From: Epithemia pelagica
Taxonomy: Eukaryota > Protista > Bacillariophyta
Length of the DNA stretch: 64,000 nt
Assembly: GCA_946965045.2 (NCBI GenBank)
Contig: OX337232.1
Coordinates: 2,294,001 to 2,358,000 of the forward strand
Direction: 5' to 3'
Shown here: positions 10,492-21,937 of the stretch, in pieces
Layout: each line of letters starts with the position of its first letter
Numbering within the stretch: position 1 is the first letter of the stretch
The notes under the pieces: generated by a model
What the model was told of the DNA's origin: nothing
Seen by the model: the letters and a program-made list of their open reading frames with translations, nothing else
The model's database searches: none
Translations under genes and position numbers: made by a program

Positions 10492-13400
10492 TCAATGGTT
10501 TTCCTCGTCGTCTTCATTGGTCTCCTCATCGTCCTCATTGGAGTCGTCGTTTCCCACCTCCTCTTCTTCTTCCTCCTCATTGGCATCCTGGAACTCCTCT
10601 TCTTCCTCTTCATCCTCATTCTCATCATGCTCTGAATTTTCATCTTTATCGTTATCTGACAAGGCATCAAGCAATCTACGAGAGAAGTTGCTCTCTTTTT
10701 CCATATTGTCCGATTGTTCATCGCTCCGACCTGATTGAGTCGATCGTTGTTTGTTCTCTTTCTTCTTCTTCTGTCTAGGAGACCGCCTCAATTCTTCGCT
10801 TCCTGATGACCTTTTTCTCGGTGGTGGTGGATTTGTCTTCTTTGTCGTTGACTTGGAACTGGATGTTGTTCTAATTTTGGACTGCTTGGCCTTCTTCTGA
10901 CTCGAAGTTGTTGGTGTTTGGTTAGCCTTCCTCTTCTTCTTTGACCCAGATTCAGATCCTGCCGTATCGTCCTTTTTTTGGCTCATCGCTTTTCTCTTTC
11001 GTTCCTCGACTGCTTGTTTCCTTGATCTTTCTAGTGATTCAAGACGGTCCATTTCTTCCTGTAGATGAACTGTGATGGCTTCATCTGTGTCGATGTCTTC
11101 TTCGACATCACTTTCCTCATTGTGATCACTGACATCAGACAAGTCCAATGATACTGGCTGTATGTCGTCTGCTGGCATCGGTACTGTGTCGTCGTTGTTG
11201 TCGTCTCCCAAGTCTGGATAGTACTCGTATACAGGTTCCGGTGTGCTACTTGCGAGAATATCGGTCGGCGGATTTTTCTTTGCGTTGAAATCTTCCAATT
11301 CTTTAGTCGCTTCCTTCAACAACATGTTCCTCAGATATTCTGCCTGCTCTGTGTTCTCGAACAAGTGTGGAGCCCGCTTCTTGCCAGGACCCGAGTGTGC
11401 TTCTGCCCCAACTTCTGTCGACGGCGGACTTGTTGCATCTGGATTGTGTTCGTCCGCTACCGTAGGTGCTTCATTTGCTGTTGTGTTTGTACCTGTGGCA
11501 TCTTGCCTTGTTGTTGCTTGGTTGTCTCCCCCCTCTTGCGAGTAGTTTCCGATCGTTACATTAGTAGTATTGCCATTGTTATCGTCGTCTTCGTCGTCCT
11601 CAATGACAATCACATCTTGTTCCTTCTTTTGATTTTCTAAGGCAATCTCCCTTTGAACAATATCCAATCGGATTTTTCGTGTCAGCTTCTCCATCGCCCT
11701 CATCTCGAAGTTCTTGGCGGTAGTTTTGGTCTGCAACTTGTTTTGTTGAAACCACGAACCAAGGGAAAACACACGCTCTTGGAAGGCGTTTGTGGCGGGC
11801 TTCGTGAGCCATATGACAGCTGTTGGGAAGACATGTTGGTAGTTGTCCTTGTTTTTCTCCCACCATCCCATGACGTCGAAATACTTTCCCACAACAAGGA
11901 AATCAGTATCTTGGCATGCCGCAATGAACTGGGCTTTTTCCGGCCCTTTCCATTTCTTGGACTCGGTAGTGTATGCCTCAGTAGGGTATTTAGTGATCGC
12001 CTCTTGCCATCGACCATCGATTTCTCTTTTACATGCACGACGAAAATCTCGGAGACTATCTTCGCATGTTTGTCTCAAGACCTTGGCCACACGGGCTTCT
12101 TCCTCAGCAGCAGACGCCTTACCAGTAATGTTCAATAATGCTCTCTCGTTCAGTTCCTGAGATTCTCAAAAGTTGCGGAAAGCATTGAACTTTTTGAACG
12201 GTACATTTGCAGTTGGAAGTGAGTTGGTCGCTTGAGTCGTATTGCTTTGGGTTGTAGGAGTGCTGCTCTGTTGTTGTGTTGCCATCAACGAACCAATTCT
12301 GGAGTACAACTTGTTCGAGAATTTTTTGATCATGTCCCTGAGAAAAAGTTCCTTCACACGGGCGCCATCGTTCTGATCATACACTCCCAATGATTGGAAG
12401 AACTTAACAAAGATGTTCGTCATCAATGGATGGGCCATAAGAGCCTTTTCGGAGTCATCATTGATGGAACCACCATCGTCACGGACTCTACGCCGTTCCG
12501 CCAACAAGGTCTTGAACTCAGCAATGATACGTCGAATAAGAGTCCGTGGACCTGCTTTCAACTCCCCAAAAGACATGGGATCCCGTTGGCGATCTAATTG
12601 GGAAATGGTTATGTCTTCATTCCATCGTTTGTTGACTGGTGTTGTAAGTTTCACTGGAAGACAACCAATGGAATTGACTGTATTCTTCATTCGATGAGCA
12701 TAAGACCGGGCGAGATAAATTTGCATTAGGGCAGCGGAAGAGGATCCTGGTTCGTCGGACTGAATGGAGATGGAAACCTCCTGTAGTACGACCAAGATTG
12801 CCTCGTATTGGGCCAGTGTTTCCCATTGTTCCTGCTGTGGATAACTCTCTTTGAAGTCAGGGTCGGTCCCAAAGTGACGTGAGGCGTAGTCGTCAAAGCA
12901 CCATTTGTTCCTCAACAAATACTGGATGGTAAGCACACATCCAGAAACACGTGTTTCATTAGGTAGCGGAATCTGGACTACGCTTTGGTTCATACGTTCC
13001 ATTTCTGTGCGAACAGTATCAAACCGGTGGTTTGCCTTCTTGGACATCAACCACGCTGCAAATTTTTTGAATTCTGAGTACAGCTCCACAAAAGCCTTGT
13101 TGTCATCCACCACTCTCTTATCTCTCGTCCGGACAACCAACCCTGTGGCGTGTTTCAAGACCAATTCGGCCTTATGCATGTCGCATTTGCCCACATTGGA
13201 CGAACCCGTTATATATTTCCCTGCAAGCACAGCCGAAGCCGTGTTGTCGTTGACGGACGAGCAGAGATCACTTTTGTGAAAGCCCACTGTCTGTAGTAAA
13301 GAGTGAGTCAGTCGCGCAACTTGTACAGCAGTGTGACCTTTAGTCTGTGCCAAACCAATTGGGATGCGATACACGGCACAATTGCGAGGATCACAGAACA

Positions 13401-14346
13401 TGACAGTGACCCCAAGTACATCGTACTTCTTAGCCTGCCACACATCATGACATACAGTGGCGAAAGGGATTTCCTGTCGGCAAACCTTTTTGTAGTGTTG
13501 CCGGACACGATAGGAAAGCTTGGACACTGTTCTGATGAAATCTTGATACGAAGCAACACGCATGGATGTTACTTCGCGACGACTGATCACCTCAGGCCTG
13601 GATTCACGAAGAAGATTCGCATTTTTGATAGCAAAGTCGATCATCTTGCGGAACTCTGGCTTCTCCACAATAGAAGCGGGTAGGCAACAGTCGTTGACGC
13701 ACTGGTATATGTGTTGCTGCATTTGTTGTCGAATGTTTCTCTTCGTGATCATTCCAGATCCATCGCCACGATACATTGTCATTGTCGTTTGCGTCGGACT
13801 AGGTTGTTCTGGTTCGTTCGGATCGTCCTTTGTTCCTGGGATGACGAAGTCTTTGTGCTTTCCGTCAGTATGCTGTTTTATATTGGAGGGCTTGCCGGTC
13901 AGCATGACAACTGCATTAGACAATGGAGTCTCGGGGTCCTTCATACACAACGGGCATAGAACACATCGCTTGGCAATGAAGGAAAACGGAGTTTTGTAGT
14001 CGGCCTTGTTAGGAAACTTCTTTGCTGCTGAGGCTTGTTCTTTTTGGGCAGCCTTGAAAGCTTCGTTGATGCGTTGGAAACCTTTATACATGGTCAAATT
14101 CTGTGGATCGTGAGAACTCACAAAGGCCGAGAACTGTACCCAGTCAATGTGGACAGCAAATTTCCAAAGGGGCGACACATTGTGATGTCCAAAGTGGTCG
14201 GAAGGTAGCTCTTGACATTTGGGAACAATCTCCTTTTCTTGTAGGATGAACGACCGGAGAGACTTCTGTTGTGCAGCAATTACTTTCTCCGATTTCTTTC
14301 TCTCAGCATCACGGTCAGCTTTCTTTTTCTTTTGACGGATGGGCAT
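10492..14346 (-). pseudogene. hAT-2 transposase, ~1284 aa, interrupted by one in-frame TGA at 12166-12168
   Basis: Track ORFs 12166-14544 and 10492-12135 are in the same frame, separated by a single stop. BED finger (CPLC...H...H), CHDVWQ, VNDN, CDMH and NAFQERVFS motifs are present. Probable start is MPIRQ at 14346. Confidence 0.85.
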
Positions 14347-14549
14347 GATGATATAATGATTGAAGGAAGCACTGATGGACAAGAGAGACTTGTTGCTGTT
14401 GTTGTAGATTATGAGAGGACAACAAGTTACAAGGGACCGAGAGGCAACAACATTCATCCATGTTGGCATGAGACATGGATTGAAAGATATAGGTGCAAGC
14501 GATTTTGGAGATGAATGAGAGAGTGGAGAGGCTACTTGCTCCATACTGT

Positions 14550-14876
14550 GATGTACTTATGGACTTAGAAGTAGATATATACAAATAATAGTACTTACCG
14601 ATAGAGCTTTAAGTACGAAGAGAGGAGCTAAGGTACTTGATAGGGGTACTTAAGGTGCCGGTGAGGAGTAATGGTACTTGATAAGGGTACTTAAAGGATG
14701 AGGGTGAGGGAAGTGGTGCTTCATTAAGGGTACTTAAGGTGGAAAAAAAAAGAGACGGTACTTGATGAAGAAGGCCTTGCGAAAAGTAAAGGAATTGGTA
14801 TTGATCGAAGGGACTTGGACAAAGGCAAAGGCAAAAGTACTGAAAAAGTACCGTTTTGGCGAAAAATGGGTACTTG
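14550..14876. repeat. Subterminal GGTACTT(G/A)A repeats of hAT-2
   Basis: Multiple ggtacttgat and gggtacttaa copies leading to the right TIR. Confidence 0.75.
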
Positions 14877-15117
14877 GTACTTCACAACCCTGATTAGTTG
14901 TAGCCTTATGGAGTATGCGTGCTCGGTGTACTTGTACTTGTTGGCCGCCGTCGATTGGTTCGCGATTCGCGATGCGCCTCAAGATTTATGTGATTGGCCC
15001 GCTCACGTACTCCCCCACGGCGCCCGCGCGTTTTGTTGACCGTTGAAGAAAATAAAAAACGAGGGAAATCTTTTTGCGTCTCTTCGGTCATATGCATGTT
15101 GCGAGTTGTGATTGAAG

Positions 15118-16518
15118 ATGATGGGAAATGTCAAAAGAAGACTGTCATCAGCTATTTGGTTGCCGTTTTTCTGTTCGGTGGTCATCGATGCAGGGACCGT
15201 CGACGTTGTCCATGAGCGTGAAATAACGGTGGAAGCTCCCGGTATCATTGCAGAAAACGGAACGGGAGGCTCCAAACGAAGCTCCACTCCAACCAGGCTG
15301 ACGACAGAGGAGCATGGCCAACGCCAAATTGAATGGGTCCGATCTCATGGAGCATTCGTCCATTCGAGTTTTGAAATCCGTCGTGAGGATCCTCTCGATC
15401 CAACTTCCCGATACGGAGTCTATGCGAAAACGGATATTGCCAACTCTGAACTGATCCTTTCCATTCCTCGCAAATGCCTAATCACACCCAAAGGGGAGGC
15501 TTCGGATGTGTGTGGAACCGTGGAAGCTTTGGCTGATGAGATGCAATTGGGCGAAGAGTCGTTCTACGAGCCCTATGTAAGCTATCTCAAAACTCAAACT
15601 TCGGGTGGACAGCTACCTACTATGTGGTCCGTGCAGGGCAAGGAATTTCTGCTCGAGCTTCTTGGATGGACTAGTGAGACTGGAGGGGTTACTATTCCTC
15701 CCTTTAATGTTATTCAAGCAGGTCACGACTGTTCCGAAACGAACGATTATTCAGAAGTGGCCAATATGTTGGTTATACAGCGATCTTGGGATGAAATTCT
15801 CATTCCGGTTTGGGATATGGTCAGTCACAGAAACGGGCACTGGACCAACGTGGCGGAGGCGTATTCTGTCTTTGACGAACAGCACCCTGTCACAGTCAAA
15901 GCCACACGTGACATCAAAGCAGGCGAAGAACTGTTTATGAGTTACGATCATTGTCCAGATTGTCAGGGCCGATTGCGTACCTATGGAACACCAGAAATAT
16001 TGCGCGATTATGGATTCGTAGAAATGTTTCCGCAAAAATGGGTGTTTCATGGTTATGGGGTGTCCATTGGACTGGATTATAACTACAAGCTCAAGGAGAC
16101 GGGAGGTCGTTTCGATGACGATAAGTTGTTGTTTCAATGGTATTCCAGACCTGCCAGTCCTAGAGCGGTCAGCTATTTTAAATCCGAAATTGAGCGCTTA
16201 TTGCAGATGGATGTGGCAACCAAACCCCAACAGATTCCATCGCATGAGTGGGAAGTTGCTGTAGTGTACCATGCAGCCATTCTTCGGGCTATGCGGCGTG
16301 TTGTGCTTGAGTCAGAGCTGTTGTCAACTGTGGCGAATGATAAGACACCGGCTTTGTTTGACCAATGTCAACGCGATTTAGAAGCCAGTCAGAACCGTTT
16401 GCAAGAGGCTTCGGCGTCGGTCGCGTCACTGATGGAACAGATAAAGGCATTGTATAATGAAGCCGACGAACTGCGTCGCCAACTCGCAAGCCATGCACAA
16501 GATTCCGTTTCGGAGTAG
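15118..16518 (+). CDS. SET-domain protein methyltransferase (Rubisco-LSMT/SETD-like) with C-terminal coiled coil
   Basis: YGVYAKTDI, LILSIPRKCLIT, LIPVWDMVSH, ATRDIKAGEELFMSY and EILRDYGFVE motifs. Confidence 0.85.
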   Translation: MMGNVKRRLSSAIWLPFFCSVVIDAGTVDVVHEREITVEAPGIIAENGTGGSKRSSTPTRLTTEEHGQRQIEWVRSHGAFVHSSFEIRREDPLDPTSRYGVYAKTDIANSELILSIPRKCLITPKGEASDVCGTVEALADEMQLGEESFYEPYVSYLKTQTSGGQLPTMWSVQGKEFLLELLGWTSETGGVTIPPFNVIQAGHDCSETNDYSEVANMLVIQRSWDEILIPVWDMVSHRNGHWTNVAEAYSVFDEQHPVTVKATRDIKAGEELFMSYDHCPDCQGRLRTYGTPEILRDYGFVEMFPQKWVFHGYGVSIGLDYNYKLKETGGRFDDDKLLFQWYSRPASPRAVSYFKSEIERLLQMDVATKPQQIPSHEWEVAVVYHAAILRAMRRVVLESELLSTVANDKTPALFDQCQRDLEASQNRLQEASASVASLMEQIKALYNEADELRRQLASHAQDSVSE

Positions 16519-16666
16519 GTCCTGGACCATACAGAAACCGTAGAACCGGGAAGTGAATGTTCGCAGCCATGTACCACGTTGATCAAGACTCCATACGATC
16601 CATACCAAACTTCATGTTCCAATAAGTGCAACTAGACGTAATATTTGCTTAACGCCAATCGTAATC

Positions 16667-16716
16667 GAGTAGCGCATAGCTGTCTCCCATATATGGGAGA
16701 CAGCTATGCGCTACTC
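16667..16716. repeat. Perfect 50-bp palindrome inside the left end of the piggyBac MITE
   Basis: GAGTAGCGCATAGCTGTCTCCCATA|TATGGGAGACAGCTATGCGCTACTC. Confidence 0.95.
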
Positions 16717-17415
16717 CCTTAACTTTGACTTCCATTAACTTCATCAAAATTCACTTTCATCCAAATCTGACTTCATCGTTCGATAGATCTTAGAATTCTG
16801 AACAACTTCATATATGATAGTCTACAGTAAAGATCCACTCATTAGCTTGATATTTGAACTTGAAAAATTGGTGATTTTCCTCATTTTCACTCATTTACGT
16901 CTTCCATCGGCTGAGCCCCAACTTTAGTACCCTTTATACATGTGACATCTGCACCAATTGTTGCACAACTCTCCATTCTGCAAGTCTATATGGCAAAGAA
17001 GGCCTTGACCAAAGGAAATGTCCTTCCGACCCTTCCCTGCGGAAAATGACGACCGTGAGTCGGCGCAACTGGATTCGTCGCGATGGCTCATCGAGCCACA
17101 TGCCGAGCAACCCGTCCAAGATATCGATCCCAGATGCCAAGCGACCCGTCCAAGGTGCTATCAACCTTGCACCTGAAGCCAGTACAACAGTACTCGAGGA
17201 AGCTGATGATGAGGAGGCAGATATACACAAGAAAGAGGAGAAGGACTGCCGACAACAGCAATATGGAAGAAGACGAGAACAAAACACGAGACAGCAACGA
17301 TAATGGTGAGGACGACGAAACGACAGAAATCCATGGATTGTGAGAACAACAGTAGATAGGAATAAACATAGATTTGTAAGTGTGAAGAGTTATTTTGTTG
17401 ACTTCTCGTATCACT

Positions 17416-17494
17416 ACATCATGGTCGCTACATCATGGTCACATCATGGTGCCACCATCATGGACTAGGTGCCAACATCACAGACTAGGTGCCA
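17416..17494. repeat. Short degenerate tandem repeats (ACATCATGGT / GACTAGGTGCCA)
   Basis: Visible directly inside the MITE. Confidence 0.7.
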
Positions 17495-18294
17495 CTTGTA
17501 TGACGGAGGGGGCCATTGTAATTCGATGAGACCTGTGTTTTAAGGTTAAAACAGCCTCTGTTAAGGCGCTCGCATGGGAGACAGCAAATTCGAGCATCTG
17601 GTTGACTCCCATAAAATTTTTGGGAGACAGCTATTTGATACTCCGATAAGCTTAAAACCCGTTCTTTACGATTGGCGTTAAATGGCCTGTGTAAATTGTC
17701 GGCTTCAGGCTTTCGTTTTTCAAAAGGGGTGGTATCATAAACATTACCCAAACGTGACGAAAAGGACCTTCGCTCCTAACTAGGAGTATAGTATTAATAC
17801 TTCCCGGTGTCGAGTCCTTTCAAGGAGGGAACGCCCGGCGCGGAGGGTAGAATGACGAGGAGGGCAATGGTCGAGGAGGGCGCACGCCCGACAAGACAGT
17901 TGCCCGTCGAGTCATTCTCCCGACAAGCCGGGCGCGCCCGACGCGAGAGGACGGCCAGACACAGGGAAGTAGTAAACTTACTCCCTATCAAGCTGTGTAG
18001 GTAGTGAGAAATTCCTGAAAGCCATGTCACAAAGTGTCACACAAGTGTCACACAAGTGTCACACACGAGAGGGAAACCGCGCGACTCGCACGAAACTACT
18101 TCCCGGTTGTACAAAAACTTCATAGTGTAGTATAAAAATGTGAGACGAACTACCTACACAGTCTGGTATGGAGTTAGAATGATACGAAGTAGCTACCCAT
18201 AGCTCTTTTCCTCTAGAGAACAACGCAATGGGGTGCGGAGTGCGGAACAAACACGAGAGTTGGTGAATGGTTGGTGTGAGAAGATCCTGATACC

Positions 18295-20455
18295 ATGGTT
18301 TTGTTCACGACAGCCACGACAATTGTGATTATCCTCACTCATGTAGTAGCGTGTTGTCTTGTTGGATATGGTATTTTTCTTTCGTACACCGAAATTGTCA
18401 GCGGTGCCGAATGCGACATGACCTATTCCATGCGTGAGTTTCTGCCCATTCGAATTGCGCAAACGACCGACAACACAACAACCTACCGACTTTATCAGTT
18501 CTTTGATCACCGTGATCCGAGGCACCGAGATCTGCTACGAGCAAAGCTTCGAAAGAAGGAGGATCCGATCCTTGTGGGAAAGGAGGGATGCTTGAACAAA
18601 TACACCACGACGGCAGTTCTCTATATTCCTGGTCATGGTGGAAGCTATCAGCAGAGCAGGAGTTTAGGAGCACATGGAATCCAATTGACAGAAGGACGCA
18701 CCAATTACCAAAAAGAGCAACAAGTTAAACAAGCTTTGTTTCAGGGAAACTGGACGGGTAGCACGGCCACGTCTCTGGATAACTTTGTGTTTGAAGTCTA
18801 TGCCGTTGATTTTCGCGAGGAAGGCACAGGATTACACGGTCAATTTATGAAAGAACAAGGAAATTTCGTGGCCGATGCGGTTCGTCATTTGGTCTCGCCT
18901 CAAGCATGTCACTATACATCACTTCATATTGTGGCCCATTCGTTGGGTGGGTACGCCGCTCGTCTTGCTTTGATGGAACATGCCGACGAGTTTCAACCCT
19001 TTGTGCACAGCATCATTACCCTGGGCACACCCCACGCTTTTCCAGTTTTTGCGCTAGATTCATCAATTTACAATGTTCACAAACACCTCCAACGTGGCAT
19101 ACAATTTTCAAACGGAAAGGATCTTATTATGGTGTCAATCTCGGGTGGACTCCGTGACGAAATGATTCCTCCAGAATCGTGTGAAATCAAGTCCAGTCAA
19201 AATGCCTCGTCTGTCACATTCCTTGCAACGTCGTTGATGAGACCTGGAACTTTGGAGGCTACTGTACAACCCACACTGGGCATGGACCACCGTGCCATTG
19301 TCTGGTGTCACAATTTGCTCGACCAGGTCCGTACAGCGTTATTTGTCCTGACCGCACCAAATGACCACTCGAGGGAACCGTTACCATTGGCACACCTGCT
19401 GAAGAACTGGAATGTTTCCGAAGACTACAGTTATAGTCCAGTCGTCAAGGACGAACATCGCACCATGAAGGTACGTTCGGAAGTGATATCAACTAGCGAG
19501 CACAAGGAATGATATTTCAACGGCGATTCATTCTCAAGTCGTTCTTCCTTTCCACAAGCAGATCCAACTGGGCACCATTGGACATCTTGCAGTGGAATCA
19601 GGGCGGTGGTACAATGCCGAGGTTTTGGTGAGAGCGTACCTCGGATTGGGAGGCTTATACGCCGTTGTTGGCCATCATTCGGCGGTTTTTTCGGTGGTTT
19701 TCCCTGTGCTCGTTGCTGGGCGGTTGTTTCTACATCCAGACGATTCCATAGCACACCTATCTTGTGGCGTCATTGCAGTCGTGACTTTGACTGCCAATGC
19801 CTTGTTTTGGATATTCTATTTCGGACTTCGAAGAAGCACCGTTTATTGTAGACTCCACTCACTGCTGTCTACCAAATACCAGAGCATGATGGGTTTCCTA
19901 TTGGTATTTCTCTATGTGCTCGTGTTACATGGCAACGGTTGGTTCCGAGTGGTTACGATCAGCTTTCTGTTTGTTTACTATTTGATGTCTGTACTGGCTA
20001 TCCCATCGGATTCCGATACAGTCTCATTAGGAGGAAACTCATCATCTGCTATATCACAACTCTCAGGAAGCAAACATCTAGCTTTCGCAGCCTGGACGTT
20101 CCCACTGCTGCCAATTCTAACCACAGGTCATTTGTACGCCTCGTTCCTTCGTCCTCACAAGATAATATCTGGGAATTGGGCGCTAGTTCTGATTCCGTGT
20201 CTGCGCAATGTTCTTGCACGACATGTTGCTCAACGTCTACGTTTACACGATAGTAACGAGGGTGTGATTGCAGCCAAACTTTCGTTTGTGCTTGCGTTGG
20301 TTCGGGTGGGAATCTTTGTCTTTGATTTTGGGACTTCGGTTCATCTAAAGGAAGGCATGGGATCGTTGCTGGTGAAAATCGCTTCCGTCGATGTTGTGGA
20401 TAACCTACGACTTCTGGTTCTGTTGCGTGGCAAACCTCATCAGCACGCAGCATAA
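18295..20455 (+). CDS. PGAP1: GPI inositol-deacylase (PGAP1/Bst1-like); intron 19471-19561
   Basis: IPGHGGSYQQSRS, VAHSLGG lipase motif, ITLGTPH, SISGGLRDEMI and DHRAIVWC. An in-frame GT-AG intron joins a multi-TM C-terminal exon. Confidence 0.85.
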
Positions 20456-21937
20456 GGCATAACGTTGGTTACCATCGCTGTCAAAACTGAAAACCCAACT
20501 GAGAAACGAAGGTAAACAGGAGATTCGATAGTTGCTTGGACATGTGACGATCGTTTGGAATCATAGTGATTGACAGGCAGCGCATCAGAGACGCGAAAAA
20601 GCAAGTCCTCTGCCTTAGTTTAACGTGTACAGTCCATCTTTCAATAGGATTTCTTCTAGTCGTTCTATATGCCCACACATTTTCAGCAACCTTCGACAAA
20701 ACTATTGGCAGGAACGATTCAGTCAGTATGGGTCTTGTGGCAAGTCCCCGACTGTATGATTTTTGGCCTACGCATGGTGCCATCGAGGTCGTGTCCAAGA
20801 AGTCGCATCATCTCTCTATTTATATATCTTATCAGTAGCATTCCCCTCTGACGCTCCATGTAATATTATCAACATCATCTCTTGCGTTTGAGTGAACAAA
20901 AGTTCGTAAATGACGGACGGTATAAGGTTCGACGCCAACTCCGACCGCTACTACACCATGAATGAATTTCTTGTTGTTTTAGTACGGCTTCGGGATGGAA
21001 TGTTGATCGGCCTCATCGTTTTGGCGTTGTTTTCCATTGAAGCATTGCGCCCATTCAGCCCATTTCCATGGCTGAATCACATCGACACAGAAAGATGGTT
21101 CCTATTGTCCAAATTCCAACAAGAACCATAAAACTTCAGCTACTGTAAGAATGATTCTTAATTTTGATTTGGCTAAGATGTGCTTGAGTAATCTTGATGA
21201 AGGATGAATCTAAATTTTGATTCTGCCATTTGGGGTTTTTCCGTGAAAATGATTCATTGGTGTCGGCCATTGATTGTCTCTGTCACTGTCTGTTTGGGAG
21301 AAACGGCAAAGAAGGAGGAAACATCTCCGCATGACGAGCAGTTAAGAGCACGTCGTATTACTCGTATGTCAACCCTCCCAAGTTTGTGGTCCTCATTCCT
21401 CGTACAATATACCTATCATCCCAGCATGATGCATGAGCAATGAGCATGATGGCTTTTGCAACTCGTTGGACCTCGACAGAAATGATCATTGTTCTCTTAA
21501 ACTCTTATGTAAAAACACAGGCTATAGTGTTATGTCAACTACAAAAATTTAAGCCATACCCTCCACACTAATAAGATGAATACTAATTAAGTCGAGTGTC
21601 CGGGATCTGGTGTCTTGCAGCCCCTTCACACGAGCACTCAAGACCAAAATCGTCGTCTGAGTCACGTTTATTATGTAGGTTAGCAGTACAGTGTTCAGTG
21701 TTGTCTCGTAGAGAATGGCAGGTTGTATTCCGTGAGCCAAATTTGGCACCGCCTATCATAAAATGATGGGCTGTGGGCTGTGGATCTTCTCACACGATGC
21801 AGATGGACGACATTATTTTGTTTTCAAGAATCGACTCACAAATTACACGAACAGAAAAGAGGCAACTTCATTGCCATCACAATTGTGTTTGCTTAGGATC
21901 TGAAAGGTGTCTTCCTGCAATACATCTCATCCACACC

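Larger units (their letters stand above)
8161..14892 (-). mobile_element. hAT-family DNA transposon (hAT-2) carrying a DNA-glycosylase cargo gene
   Basis: Perfect 16-bp TIRs CAGGGTTGTGAAGTAC (8161-8176) and GTACTTCACAACCCTG (14877-14892). Perfect 8-bp TSD ATTAGTTG at 8153-8160 and 14893-14900. AAGTAC/GTACTT subterminal repeats lie at both ends. Confidence 0.95.
16653..17677. mobile_element. Non-autonomous piggyBac-type element (~1 kb)
   Basis: TTAA on both sides (16649-16652 and 17678-17681) and 12-bp TIRs CGCCAATCGTAA/TTACGATTGGCG. The right end closely resembles (reverse complement) the end of the transposase-bearing piggyBac at 59441. Confidence 0.88.

Noticed and set aside
10492-11500. 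Acidic, lysine-rich tail of the hAT-2 transposase as a separate gene
   Set aside because: It is in frame with, and continuous from, the hAT dimerization motif.
17046-17343. Small ORFs inside the piggyBac MITE
   Set aside because: Low-complexity and without motifs; at most a decayed internal remnant.
18025-18066. GTCACACAAGT tandem 11-mer upstream of PGAP1
   Set aside because: Only three to four copies of a simple repeat, with no evidence of function.
20566-21131. Two hydrophobic ORFs that might be exons of a small membrane protein
   Set aside because: No clear ATG start or convincing in-frame splice junction could be established.
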